From Pirellulales bacterium (lineage in GTDB: Bacteria; Planctomycetota; Planctomycetia; Pirellulales; PALSA-1355), in the NCBI GenBank assembly GCA_963733035.1, contig CAVTBU010000005.1, positions 1,056,001 through 1,120,000 of the forward strand: 64,000 bases of DNA, in the 5' to 3' direction. Within the stretch, counting starts at the first letter, position 1. The number at the start of each line of letters is the position of its first letter. The notes under the pieces were generated by a model. It had not been told where the DNA came from. It ran no database searches and saw only the letters and a program-made list of their open reading frames with translations. Below are positions 1 to 10,582 of this stretch, piece after piece. The translations under genes and the position numbers were made by a program.

Positions 1-166
1 TAGCCTGCGGCAACAAGCTGCGCTGCAAATCGAGCATTTCGGTGTAAAGCAGTGAACGCTTGCGGATGGCGGCCTGGTCTGCATCTGGTCCGGCGCGGAT
101 AGATTGCACTTCGGCGTAAATCTCGGTGAGTCGGTTTGTGGCTCCGTTACGTTCGGTTGAGTTCAT
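1..166 (-). CDS. Hypothetical protein, N-terminal part only (runs off the window start)
   Basis: ATG at 166 preceded by a G-rich tract; open frame MNSTERNGATNRLTEIYAEVQSIRAG... to the window edge. Confidence 0.45.
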   Translation of the reverse strand, partial: MNSTERNGATNRLTEIYAEVQSIRAGPDADQAAIRKRSLLYTEMLDLQRSLLPQA

Positions 167-507
167 AGCTCAGAACCCCCTAATATGAAGTAAGTGATGT
201 TCCCTCTATGGTAATAGTAGGCCGACGCCGCGATTTGAACACCACCCGACTGCCGCGATTTGCCAAAAGGCCTGCCTTCCGGCAGCCATTGGGCCGGTGT
301 GACTGAGAGCGCCACAACCCCACGGTTCCGGTTGTTCCGCTTCACGTGTGCTTGTCGCGCCGCTCCATGCGCCACAAACGCGGATTCAGTTCAAATGTGA
401 CCTTCCCGTTTAACAGGCGAAATGCGCGCAAGGCCTGCCACGCCAAGGACAAGTCGCAACGAGACTGTACGACCGATCGTAGGCAATCTGTTTGAAGCGG
501 CCGGCTG

Positions 508-1506
508 CTAATAGCTCCAGCCGGACTTGAGGCCGAGCATCACGTTTTGCGAGTTGGGCTGGTTGACGTAGTAGTAGGTGCCGCCGCCTTGGTAGTCCAG
601 TACTCGGGCCGAGCGCGACCAGGCCATGACTTCGCTGTAGGCGCTCACAAACCAGCGCGGACCGCGGTATCCGAGTTCGATCTGGCCGGTCAGGTTGGGA
701 CGGGGAAACAGCGTGACGTCGTCGTCGGCAATGTGCTCGCGGGTGAACGCCGTGAGTCCGATTCGCGCCCGCCAGTACGGCTCCCAATTCGTATTCATCT
801 TGCGGCGCGACTCGGCACCCACGTAGGGGTAGAACGTCCACCAGGATTCTTGATATCCGACGGCGACCACGGTGGGTGCCAAGAAGATATCCGGAATGCT
901 GCGGACGAAGAACCGGGTGCCGACGCCGCCGAAAAAGCTCAGCCGCTCCCAGTTTTCGGGTTCGAACATCAATTCGTATTCGGCGCGCAGCCCGAGGTAG
1001 TTGGTTACATTCGAACCGTCGTAACCACCGAGATCGGCGGAGTAGTCAACTTTGGCGCCGAAAAGTTCGGCGCGGTAGCGTTGCCGGCCGTGGCGCTGTT
1101 GCCAGCCCAGCGTCGGCGCCGCGCCGTTGTTTTGCATGAAGGTGCGATGGTCGACCTGTTCGCCCCAATAGAAATAGTCGATCCGCGTATACCAGGTCGA
1201 TTCGAACAGCCGTGGCGCGTCGCCGCTGACCGGCACGCGCGGCGTGGCGGGGACGTAATCCTCGACCGTGAGGAATTCTTCATAAGCGGCGGGCGAGACA
1301 TCGGTCGACGATTCAGGTGCCGCTTCGATCGGTTTGGCCGGCTCGCCACTCTCAGATCCCACGGGGCTCGCGGGCGGCAGCCGCTCGCTCTTTGCATTCG
1401 GCGCCGCGGCTTGCGAAACCGGATCGGTCATAGGGTCCGCGACGGCGCAGGCCAAGTGCGCGCCGGCAATGAGCACACCGGTCAGGAGCAAACGAAGGAC
1501 GTTCAT
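508..1506 (-). CDS. Exported protein, probable outer-membrane beta-barrel
   Basis: Signal peptide, Pro/Ser/Glu-rich linker, alternating aromatic/hydrophobic strands, terminal aromatic residue (LGLKSGWSY). Confidence 0.65.
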   Translation of the reverse strand: MNVLRLLLTGVLIAGAHLACAVADPMTDPVSQAAAPNAKSERLPPASPVGSESGEPAKPIEAAPESSTDVSPAAYEEFLTVEDYVPATPRVPVSGDAPRLFESTWYTRIDYFYWGEQVDHRTFMQNNGAAPTLGWQQRHGRQRYRAELFGAKVDYSADLGGYDGSNVTNYLGLRAEYELMFEPENWERLSFFGGVGTRFFVRSIPDIFLAPTVVAVGYQESWWTFYPYVGAESRRKMNTNWEPYWRARIGLTAFTREHIADDDVTLFPRPNLTGQIELGYRGPRWFVSAYSEVMAWSRSARVLDYQGGGTYYYVNQPNSQNVMLGLKSGWSY

Positions 1507-1782
1507 AGAGCGCGCAATGCGACGGAGTTTTAAAAGACATGCCTACGCGCCCGCCTGCGAGGGGGGAACAGTAGCCCATGCGGCGACTGTAGGTCAAGTT
1601 CAACCCCGAGCAGGTAGCTCGCACGGCCAGGCATGGCAAACGGCCAGTGACGAACTGGACTTTAGCGACGCCGGTTTGCCGCGTATTGGGTAGCCAGCTG
1701 CTCGTGGGATCGCGTAACGGCCCCCCTTTCGCGGCCCAAATGCTAGGCTTTCCGAGGGTGGTCATCACGAAGGAGATTGGCA

Positions 1783-2061
1783 ATGCGGTGCATCGTCGGC
1801 GTGGTCCTGTTCGGGGTCCTGTACTTCGGCAGTTGCGCTCTGCTCGGCGAAATCGTCCGTGCGCGGGCAGTGACAAACCATCCGCTGCATTCGCAGAAGG
1901 TAGGAACAAAAACTCGGGCACGGGTGTTGAAAAAATACCACGCGCTGGTCGCCGTTGGCGCCGGAGTCGTCACGATCGTCGGCTGCAGCCTGCCCTCGGT
2001 GTTGCTCAGGATGAGCGAGCGAAGCGAGTGGCGGCAGTACAAGGAATGGCAGCGAGGTTGA
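1783..2061 (+). CDS. Small two-TM hypothetical membrane protein
   Basis: AGGAGA SD-like site upstream of ATG 1783; two hydrophobic segments. Confidence 0.55.
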   Translation: MRCIVGVVLFGVLYFGSCALLGEIVRARAVTNHPLHSQKVGTKTRARVLKKYHALVAVGAGVVTIVGCSLPSVLLRMSERSEWRQYKEWQRG

Positions 2062-2112
2062 GCGTTACCCGTCACTTGTTTTTTCGCGGGTCCTGGTTTG
2101 AAAGGCGAACCA

Positions 2113-2664
2113 ATGGTTGAAGCCATCATCAAATGGGTGCTGAGCAACTATCCGATCACCTTTTTCTTCGTGGGATTGTTGTGCGCATTTGTCTCGCTCG
2201 CCAGACGTCATGGCGAACTGACAAGAGAGGCTGTGTTCGAAGCGCTGCTGGCTTACTACTGCCTGTTCGCCGTCGGGTGCTTCTACGTCTACAACTTCGT
2301 GATGCACGTATTCTTTGGCGAGGTGGCCGCCAGGTTCATTGGCTGGGAGGACAGCCCATTCCAATTGGAGGTGGGATTTGCGAGCCTTGGTTTTGGCGTG
2401 GTGGGCCTGCTGGCATTTCGCCAGGATTTTAGCTTACGGCTGGCCGCGATCACCGGTCCGGCCTTCTTTCTGTGGGGTGCCGCCGGCGGGCATATTTACC
2501 AAATGATCGCGCATCATAATTACGCGCCCGGCAACGCCGGAGCCATGCTGTGGGTGGATCTCTTGTTTCCGGTGATTGGGTATGCGCTGCTCTTTGGCTG
2601 GCGAAAGGCAAGCGGGAAGTCCTCGAACCGTCGAGCAGCCGGAATGGAAGCGGCCAGAGGTTAA
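2113..2664 (+). CDS. DUF6790-like integral membrane protein
   Basis: Multiple TM helices; motifs IGWEDSPFQLEVGFASLG and NYAPGNAG recalled for this family. Confidence 0.7.
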   Translation: MVEAIIKWVLSNYPITFFFVGLLCAFVSLARRHGELTREAVFEALLAYYCLFAVGCFYVYNFVMHVFFGEVAARFIGWEDSPFQLEVGFASLGFGVVGLLAFRQDFSLRLAAITGPAFFLWGAAGGHIYQMIAHHNYAPGNAGAMLWVDLLFPVIGYALLFGWRKASGKSSNRRAAGMEAARG

Positions 2665-2686
2665 GACCGAACTCATCGAGCTGCCG

Positions 2687-3270
2687 CTAGCGGCGATTGA
2701 ATCGGCGAGCGAAGCAACTGCCCAGCAGTATCAGCGCGCACGTTAAGAGCGCAAGTGTCGACGGTTCGGGCACGACTTCGACAACACCCCAGCGGCCGGA
2801 ACCGGAATTGTAGCTATTGCCGTCTCGGTCGTTCCACATCAACCCGTTGAACGCGGGCGACTCGATGTGAACATAGTCCTCCAATTCCGATGCGCTATTG
2901 GGTTCGCCGGGCGCCCAGTTCGTATAGGTCACCGGTTCGCCTGAGACCCAAACAAACGTGCCCTCGACGGCCGCGTCGTTCAGTCCGATCCACAAACCGC
3001 GATTGACGCCCCCGAGATTCGCGAACGTGGCAAAGACCCAAATGTTTTCGGCCGCGTCATTGATGGTTGCCAGATTTCCGCCGAGCGTGACCGCCTCGGC
3101 CTGGGAGGCAAACCAGGTGTCTTTCTCCAGCAGGTAATAGCTGTGGCCGTTGGCTGGATTGACGACGGGTCCATCAATGACCGTTGCCTGGCGCAACTCG
3201 AACACCAGCCGAAAGCAGCCGTCAACACCAGCCAGCGATAGCCGACATTCGATCGAGGCACAATTATCAT
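2687..3270 (-). CDS. C-type lectin-domain PEP-CTERM protein (probable 1-bp frameshift near 3190)
   Basis: NGHSYYL, LATIND, WIGLND, YTNWAPGEPN and WND lectin motifs; C-terminal VPEPSTLALL...RRFNRR. A signal peptide (MIIVPRS...SSCA) lies in another frame and gives an AQA cleavage site if one base is restored. Confidence 0.85.
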
Positions 3271-3490
3271 GGCTCGACGCCCTAGTTCCAAGATGGGGTT
3301 TCGGCGACCATTTCCAGGCTAAGCGAGCGCACCAGAAATAACAACTTCGGGCCAACTTACATGGAGTAACATTTCGACGACGAACTCCACCTGATAGCTT
3401 TTAACCTAGGCGACACGGCTGCCGGAGGCGCCAGCGGCCGTCGCCTTTGCTGACAGTGCTTCGACCGAGATTCCAAATAAGGGGCCAACC

Positions 3491-4615
3491 ATGCTGTCGG
3501 TTTTCTGCTCGCCGAGCCGCTACACGCAGGGCAAGAATGCCACGACCTCGCTGGGGCCCGAGATGGCGGCACTGGGGCTGAGCGGGCCGGTGCTGGTGGT
3601 CGGGGGGCGGTCCGCGATTCGACTGCTGTCGGAAACGTGGCGAAGCACGTTTGGCGATGCCGGCATGACGCATGCCGTGCGTCCGTTCGGCGGCGAATGC
3701 TCGCTCCGCGAGATCGAGAGGATCAAGCAAACTGCCAAGGACAACAAGTCCGCCGTGGTCGTGGGCGCCGGGGGCGGAAAAGTGCTTGATGCGGCCCGCG
3801 CTGCGGCTGCCGATTTGAATTTACCGGTGGTGAACTGTCCGACCGTCGCCTCCAGCGACGCGCCGTGCAGCGCGCTCTCGGTGATTTATTCCGACGAGGG
3901 CATCGTCGAGGGCTCGCGGTTCTATCGCAAGAATCCGGACCTGGTGCTGGTCGACACGCAGGTCATCGCCCAAAGCCCGCCGCGGCTACTGGCGGCCGGC
4001 ATGGGCGATGCCTTGGCCACCTGGTTCGAAGCCCGGACATGCGTCGAGGGACACGTCAAGAATCTGCGCGGCGGCCAATCGACGCAGAGTGCCTTGGCGC
4101 TAGCGAAACTCTGTTATCGCACGTTGCTGGCCGACGGGGCCGAGGCCCTGCGGGCGGTCGAGACGCAGGTGGTGACGCCCGCCCTGGAACGTATCGTGGA
4201 GGCCAACACGTTGCTTTCGGGGTTGGGGTTCGAGTCGGCCGGGCTCGCAGCCGCGCACGCAATTCACAACGGCCTGACGACGGCGCCGGGCACGCATGCC
4301 TACCTGCACGGCGAGAAGGTTGCGTTCGGTTTGCTCGCGCAGCTCGTCCTGGAGGGAAAGCCGCGGGCGGTCGTCGAACGCGTGTTGGGCTTCGCCAGCG
4401 AGGTCGGCCTGCCGACGACGCTGGCCGACATCGGGCTGGCGGAGATATCGAAAGAAGTCCTGGATAAGATCGCCGTGCGCGCGACGGCCAATAGCGACAC
4501 CATGCAGCACGAACCGTTCGAGGTGCGGCCCGACATGGTATGCGACGCGATCCTGGCGGCGGATGCAATCGGGCGAGCCTGGAAGAAAGAGCACCGGCGC
4601 GCGACTCGCTGCTAG
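3491..4615 (+). CDS. gldA: Glycerol dehydrogenase
   Basis: SPSRYTQG, GAGGGKVLD, PTVASSDAPCSALSVIY, GLGFESAGLAAAHAIHNGLT, HGEKVAFG motifs. Confidence 0.93.
   Translation: MLSVFCSPSRYTQGKNATTSLGPEMAALGLSGPVLVVGGRSAIRLLSETWRSTFGDAGMTHAVRPFGGECSLREIERIKQTAKDNKSAVVVGAGGGKVLDAARAAAADLNLPVVNCPTVASSDAPCSALSVIYSDEGIVEGSRFYRKNPDLVLVDTQVIAQSPPRLLAAGMGDALATWFEARTCVEGHVKNLRGGQSTQSALALAKLCYRTLLADGAEALRAVETQVVTPALERIVEANTLLSGLGFESAGLAAAHAIHNGLTTAPGTHAYLHGEKVAFGLLAQLVLEGKPRAVVERVLGFASEVGLPTTLADIGLAEISKEVLDKIAVRATANSDTMQHEPFEVRPDMVCDAILAADAIGRAWKKEHRRATRC
4471..4590 (+). repeat. Direct repeat copy 1 (gldA 3' end)
   Basis: Aligns ungapped to 6611-6730 with 13 mismatches in 120 bp (4 in the first 90 bp). Confidence 0.95.
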
Positions 4616-4644
4616 CGAGAATGCGCGCGCGTAGGGTGTCAGGA

Positions 4645-6318
4645 TCAACCGTACGTCGTAACGCCCGCAATTGCGGAGCGGCGACGTCCTTTCCGCCGGG
4701 CGACGGCCACGAACGCCACGAAAGCCGTCAGCATCAGCAGGGCGCTAGTCGGTTCCGGCACGGCCACAAGGTCCGAAACAAAGATCCCGCTCGTCCCATC
4801 GGTGAAGACAGCCCGAAAGGCCAATTGGCCGCGCTCGCTGAACGCGGCTCCGCGGCCGTCACCCAAACCCGACCTGCCGAAAAGCGACAATTCTGCAATT
4901 GTCCGATTGTCACCCGGCGCCACTTCCAACTGATTTCCCTCGCGGGCGATGAGCCGGAGCACGCCGAACGCGTCTTGGGCAAAGATCGCCTGGTCGTTTG
5001 TACTGTCGACTCCATCGCCGCGCAGGTTGGCTGCGAAGGCCGTTTGCCCATTCGCATTGAAATACAGCGAATTGAAAGTGCCGTCGAACACGACGACGTT
5101 CGCGGTGTCAGGGATCTGTGCGCCCTCACGCGCCACGAGTTCGAGGGCTCCAAATCCATCGGACCAGATTCCGCTGTCGTTTGTCGAATCCACGCTAGCG
5201 CCCATCAGGCTGGCCTCGAATGCGATCTTGCTTGCGGAGTTGAGTTCCGGTGGTTCGAAGTCGAGGAAATTGACGTCCATCAATGTGCCAGGCGCATGGT
5301 CACCGGTGCGAACGACGAGTTGGAGCGAGCCGGAACCCTCGGACCAAATCCCATAGTCGTTGGGGGAACCTGAATTTCGGAGCTTCGCCGCAAATGCGAT
5401 CTGATCGGCGGCGTTTATCTCAGAGGTGTATTTGCCAAACGCCAGGTTGTCGAAGCGCACACCGCTCGGCAGCCCCGGCGCCTGATCACCTTCCCGGACG
5501 ATCAATTCCAAGCTTCCGGAGCGATTTGTCCAAAAGCCCTTGTCGTTGTTGAAGTCGATTCCCGGACCAGCGAGCGTCCCCAGGAACACGCTGTGGCCGG
5601 CGGAGTTGATTGGACTGTCTCCTGTTCCGAAGAATCTCACCGAGTCTGGTAATCCCGGCGCGTGGTCACCGTCTTGTTGAACCACGCTCAAGACCCCGGA
5701 ACCTTCCGACCAGAGCGCGGCGTCATTCACCGTGGTAATTCCCGGGCCTTTGACAAACGCACCAAAGGTCATTTGGCCCGCGGTATTGAAATGTGACAAG
5801 CCGAGACTTTGGTAGTTGACACCGTCCGGCAGTCCAACTGCCTGACTCCCCTGCCGCGCCACAAGGTGGAGCGCGCCGGGCGCACCTGACCAAATGCCGA
5901 AATTGTTTGTCGCCGTGACGCCATCACCTGTCAGTTTCATACGAAAGGCGACGTTCCCATCCGAACTGAACAGAACATCCAGACCGCCGAAAAAGTAGAA
6001 GTCATCAAACCGCACGTCGTTCGCGATGCCGGGAGCATGTTGTCCCTCCTGCGCGGCCAATTCCAGCGTTCCCGAGCTCCCTGTCCAAACTCCGGCGTCG
6101 TTGGTCCCATCGATTCCCGGCCCGATCAGACTCGAAGAGAAGGCCACATTGCCAGCAAGATTGATAGCGGGCGATCGCACTTCATCAAACAGGACTCCAT
6201 CGGGAGTCCCTGCGCACTGCTGGCCCGTGAGTGCAATCGTGCGCACGGGTTGCGCCGCCGCCGCGCCACCAAACAGGAGAACGACATAGCCTGCCAGAGC
6301 GAACTGAGCGAGTCTCAT
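4645..6318 (-). CDS. PEP-CTERM surface protein with NxxGxxAF tandem repeats
   Basis: Signal peptide MRLAQFALAG...AAAAQ; repeated NxxGxxAF / GIWS.GSG.L.LV.R.G..APG units; VPEPTSALL...RRKGRRR. Confidence 0.88.
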   Translation of the reverse strand: MRLAQFALAGYVVLLFGGAAAAQPVRTIALTGQQCAGTPDGVLFDEVRSPAINLAGNVAFSSSLIGPGIDGTNDAGVWTGSSGTLELAAQEGQHAPGIANDVRFDDFYFFGGLDVLFSSDGNVAFRMKLTGDGVTATNNFGIWSGAPGALHLVARQGSQAVGLPDGVNYQSLGLSHFNTAGQMTFGAFVKGPGITTVNDAALWSEGSGVLSVVQQDGDHAPGLPDSVRFFGTGDSPINSAGHSVFLGTLAGPGIDFNNDKGFWTNRSGSLELIVREGDQAPGLPSGVRFDNLAFGKYTSEINAADQIAFAAKLRNSGSPNDYGIWSEGSGSLQLVVRTGDHAPGTLMDVNFLDFEPPELNSASKIAFEASLMGASVDSTNDSGIWSDGFGALELVAREGAQIPDTANVVVFDGTFNSLYFNANGQTAFAANLRGDGVDSTNDQAIFAQDAFGVLRLIAREGNQLEVAPGDNRTIAELSLFGRSGLGDGRGAAFSERGQLAFRAVFTDGTSGIFVSDLVAVPEPTSALLMLTAFVAFVAVARRKGRRRSAIAGVTTYG

Positions 6319-6610
6319 CAGTAACAAAACCTTCAGGTGGCGATAAAAAAACTCCGCTTGGCCGACACACCTCGACCGCCAGAAAAGTCCGGCAGCGTCT
6401 GATCGAGATATGCGGCAAAGCGGAGTTATCAGTAGCGCGTCAAAGGGGGAGCGAGAGCGCCCCGAGTCAAAGGATTTCCAGTTGTGGTCTACCTGGCACA
6501 CTCCCTACCCGAGTAGGGGGCAAGGAGGATCGTATCTAGTAGCATGCGGAATTGCAAGTATTTTTTTGGAACGTGCAAAGTTCCACACTAAATTGAGAAA
6601 AACAAATGGC

Positions 6611-6743
6611 CGCCGTCCGCGCGACGGCCAATAGCGACACCATGCAGAACGAACCGTTCGAGGTGCGGCCCGAGATGGTATGCGACGCGATCCTGGCAGC
6701 CGATGCGCTGGGGTGGGCGTGGAAGAAGGGTAGTGGGTCGTAG
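6611..6743 (+). pseudogene. Orphan diverged copy of the gldA 3' end (direct repeat copy 2)
   Basis: Translates in frame as AVRATANSDTMQNEPFEVRPEMVCDAILAADALGWAWKKGSGS*, with no upstream gldA body. Confidence 0.9.
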
Positions 6744-7017
6744 CGGGAAGAAAGGTCTCGAGTACTGGGGTGGCCGCGAAAACTCGTTGTCGCATATGCC
6801 GCAGGCACAAGACGCGTTCCGTTGCGCAGTGCATCTTCATCCTTGTTTCGAATCCCTCGTATTGCTCCGCAACACCGACAACAAGTTGCCACCCTGCGGA
6901 TCAAGCTAGCAATTCACACCACCGCCACGTAATCCCACATGGCGTTCGCGATCATCTGCTCGCTAGAATCCCCCTGGGACCGACCGACGTTCAATTCAAT
7001 TCACGGAGGATGATGGC

Positions 7018-7293
7018 ATGAAATTTCGATTATTGAGAATCGGAATCGTCGGCTTGGCGGTGGGAGCAGTAGGGACCATGCTCCTTACAATTGGCAACGC
7101 AGTGCTTTTTATGTCTGAAGGAATCAATCTTGCTACGGAAATTGATTGGCCGATGTACTTGGGGGGAGCCATTTTCATGTACTTCCTTCCCCTGGCCGCC
7201 GTCGGGACGCTGCTTACCGGCATCCTAGAGGTTGGCAGGTTTTTTCTCTCCAACCGAATAAACGCAGCAGCAAAGAACTCTGCTGGCGGATAG
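7018..7293 (+). CDS. Small two-TM membrane protein
   Basis: GGAGG SD upstream; two hydrophobic helices. Confidence 0.6.
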   Translation: MKFRLLRIGIVGLAVGAVGTMLLTIGNAVLFMSEGINLATEIDWPMYLGGAIFMYFLPLAAVGTLLTGILEVGRFFLSNRINAAAKNSAGG

Positions 7294-7462
7294 CCTTCCT
7301 CCCAAGCCCTGCACAGACTCCTAGGACACCCACTACCGCATCGGCGGCCACCTTGACCACCCCTAGTGGCCAAACCTACACTGGCGGGTTTGGATGCTTT
7401 GGTTGGCTCCGGGTGCGGGGCGAATGCGGCGTCCGCTGGTTTTTTGAGTGCGAGGGTGGGCG

Positions 7463-8751
7463 GTGAGCGTTACCTGTGTCATTGGATTGCAATGGGGCGA
7501 CGAGGCCAAGGGAAAGCTCGTCGACCTGCTGACCGACCAGCACGAAATCGTGGTTCGCTACCAGGGGGGGAGCAACGCTGGCCATACCGTCGTGACGGGC
7601 GGGCAAACCTACAAGCTCTCGCTGATCCCCAGCGGCATTTTGAGCCCCCAGGTGCAGTGCGTGGTGACCGGCGGCGTGGTGCTCAACCCGGCCAGCATCT
7701 TGCAGGAAATCGACGGCCTGATGGCCCGCGACATCAAGGTGGGCGACAACCTGATGCTCAGCGATCGGGCGCATGTGATCTTTCCCTGGCACGTGGCCGA
7801 GGACGCGATTCTGGATAAGAGCTGTTCGAGCGGCGAGAACATTGGCACCACCATGCGGGGTATCGGCCCGTGCTATCGCGATAAGGTGGCCCGATCGTTC
7901 GCCGTGCGGCTGGGGGACATGTATCGCGACAACTTCAAAGACAAGCTGCAGTACATCTGCGAAGCGAAGAATGCCACGATCGGCCCGCTGCTCACGCCGC
8001 AGCCGTTCAACTCCACGGAAATCGTGGCCGAGTATCTCGGTTACGCTCAGCGGCTGAAGCCCTTCGTGCGCGACACGACGTCGTATCTGCTCGACGCCGT
8101 GGAGTCGGGCAAGAACATTCTGCTCGAAGGCGCCGAGGCGCACTGTTGGACGTCGACCACGGCACCTATCCGTTCGTCACCAGCAGCAATAGCTCGGGCG
8201 TGGGCGTGTCGGTCGGCTCGGGTATACCGGGCTGTTGGATCAAGAAGGTGATCGGGGTGGTCAAAGCGTATTCGACGCGCGTGGGGGGCGGCCCGTTTCC
8301 GACCGAGCAAGACAACGACATCGGTCAGCACATTCGCGATCGCGGCAATGAATACGGCACCGTGACGCGGCGGCCGCGTCGTTGCGGTTGGTTCGACGCG
8401 GTGGCCGTGCGTTACACGGCGCGGCTCAGCGGCGTCGATCGGTTGGCGGTGATGCTCTTGGACGTGCTATCAGAGCTGCCAGAGCTGAAAATCTGCACGG
8501 CCTACGAACTGGACGGCGAGCGGGTGACGGATTTCCCCAGCCACGTCGACGACTTGCGGCGGGCCAAACCGGTGTACGAGACCGTGCCGGGCTGGCAGCA
8601 GGACATCACGAAGATCCGCAAATTGGAGGAATTACCGGCCCAGGCCCGGAGCTATTTGGATCGCCTCAGCGAGCTTTTGGGGCGGCCGGTGGACGTGGTG
8701 TCGGTGGGTCCAGACCGCGAACAAACGATTTTTGCCCCGCGTACAAGCTAA
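7463..8751 (+). CDS. purA: Adenylosuccinate synthetase (frameshift near 8135)
   Basis: [54 protein letters not shown]; the EGAQG.LLDVDHG motif is split across two frames. Confidence 0.96.
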
Positions 8752-8804
8752 ACTAGGACTGGGGTTTTTCGTACCTTCGCCCTTTGACCGTAAGGAAGCC
8801 CGGG

Positions 8805-9557
8805 ATGGCTGAACCAACGGCAACCGCCGCCGAACCATTGGAAGTGCCGCGCGAGGCTCGCCCCCGTCACATTGCCGTGATCATGGATGGCAACGGCCGC
8901 TGGGCGCAGCGGCAGGGGCTGCCGCGAATCGAAGGACACCGCCGCGGCGTAGCCAGCGTGCGGCGGGTGACCGAAGAGTGCGCCCGGCTCGACATCGAGC
9001 AGCTTACGCTGTACTGCCTGTCGAGCGAGAATTGGAAACGGCCGCAGCGCGAGCTTGAGTTTCTGATGCACCTGCTCGAGCAGTACATGATCGAAGAGCG
9101 CTCGACGATCATGGACCAGAACATTCGCGTCAACGTGATCGGCCGCCGCAACGACATTCCCGAGGCCGTGCAACGGGAGATGCAAAAGACCATCGACATG
9201 AGCGCGGCCAACAGCGGCCTGCGGCTCTGCCTGGCGATCAACTACGGCAGCCGCCTGGAACTGGTCGACGCCGTGCGCGAGATCGCCGAGGAAGTGCAGA
9301 GCGGCCAGCTCAATCCCGCGCAGATCGACGAAGAAACCGTTCGCAAACATCTTTACACGGCCGGCATGTCCGATCCCGACCTGGTCATTCGCACGGCGGG
9401 TGAAATGCGGGTCAGCAATTTTCTGCTGTGGCAAATCAGCTACGCCGAAATTTGGGTGACGGAGCATTGCTGGCCGGAGTTTCGAGAAAGCGATTTGCAC
9501 CAGGCGATTCGCGACTACGCGTCGCGCGACCGCCGATTCGGCGGATTGACCGGCTAG
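8805..9557 (+). CDS. uppS: Isoprenyl transferase (undecaprenyl diphosphate synthase)
   Basis: HIAVIMDGNGRWA, SSENWKRP, IRTAGEMRVSNFLLWQISYAE, RRFGG. Confidence 0.95.
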   Translation: MAEPTATAAEPLEVPREARPRHIAVIMDGNGRWAQRQGLPRIEGHRRGVASVRRVTEECARLDIEQLTLYCLSSENWKRPQRELEFLMHLLEQYMIEERSTIMDQNIRVNVIGRRNDIPEAVQREMQKTIDMSAANSGLRLCLAINYGSRLELVDAVREIAEEVQSGQLNPAQIDEETVRKHLYTAGMSDPDLVIRTAGEMRVSNFLLWQISYAEIWVTEHCWPEFRESDLHQAIRDYASRDRRFGGLTG

Positions 9558-9577
9558 CTCAGAAAAGGAACCCGCCG

Positions 9578-10462
9578 TTGCTGCGCTGGCGTCTATTGCT
9601 GGGAGCGTGCCTGATCGGGGCATTGGCCGGGTTCATGGTGCTTGATTACCAGGCCGCAACTCCCGGCACCTGGTTGCTGTTGCTCGCATTGGTCGCCGGT
9701 CTGGGAGCCGCCAACGAAGTGGTGACGCTGTTGGCCGCCGGAGGTTATCACCCTCTGTCAAGCGTTATCTATGGCGGCACACTATTGGTGATTGCGAGCA
9801 ATTTGCTGCCGCTGCATTGGCGGCCCGTCGACGAAGAACATGCCCTGGCGCGTCTCGTCTGGCCGCTGGTCGCTTTTACGCTGAGCATGCTCGCCGCGTT
9901 CATCGGTGAAATGCGCCGCTACGAGCGCCCCGGCGGAGTGATGATCAACGTCGGACTGGCCATCTTTGGCGTGGCCTACGTCGGCTTGCTGCTCAGTTTT
10001 ACCGTTCAATTGCGTTTGCTGGGAGGCCCGCAAGACGGCATCGTGGCGCTGGCGGCGCTGGTGGCCGTGGTCAAGTTTGGAGACACGGGCGCCTACACGT
10101 TTGGACATCTCTTCGGCCGCCACAAGATGACACCCGTGCTGAGCCCCGGCAAAACCTGGGAAGGCGCCGCGGGCGGATTGCTGTCCGCAGCGCTTGGTGC
10201 CTGGCTGGTGATGACCTTCCTGCCGCGGGCGCTGGGACACACCCTTTCGCAAGCCTCGTGGAGCTGGCTGCTGTTTGGCGTCGTGGTGGGCATTGCCGGA
10301 ATTCTCGGCGACCTGGCCGAATCGCTGTTCAAGCGCGACGTCGGCCGCAAGGATTCGAGCAACTGGATGCCCGGCTTCGGCGGAATTCTCGACGTACTTG
10401 ATTCGATTCTGTTCGCGGCGCCAGTGGCGTATCTGTGCTGGTGTGTCGGGATGAATTGGTAG
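9578..10462 (+). CDS. cdsA: Phosphatidate cytidylyltransferase
   Basis: DTGAY..G..FGRHK, SPGKTWEG, GDLAESLFKR...KDS...PGFGGILDVLDS; follows uppS. Confidence 0.93.
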   Translation: MLRWRLLLGACLIGALAGFMVLDYQAATPGTWLLLLALVAGLGAANEVVTLLAAGGYHPLSSVIYGGTLLVIASNLLPLHWRPVDEEHALARLVWPLVAFTLSMLAAFIGEMRRYERPGGVMINVGLAIFGVAYVGLLLSFTVQLRLLGGPQDGIVALAALVAVVKFGDTGAYTFGHLFGRHKMTPVLSPGKTWEGAAGGLLSAALGAWLVMTFLPRALGHTLSQASWSWLLFGVVVGIAGILGDLAESLFKRDVGRKDSSNWMPGFGGILDVLDSILFAAPVAYLCWCVGMNW

Positions 10463-10582
10463 TGCGCCTCTCCCAATAGCCCCGCGGGAATCGGGCTCCG
10501 CGAATTCTTTCGCCAACTGCCCTTGCGGTACCTCGAACCTTGAGGTACAAGCCCTCGAACTTCGAGGCATGGAGGCTCACGA

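Noticed and set aside
8130..8150. Programmed frameshift or pseudogenisation of purA
   Set aside because: No slippery sequence, the break is inside a conserved motif, and similar indels occur throughout the window.
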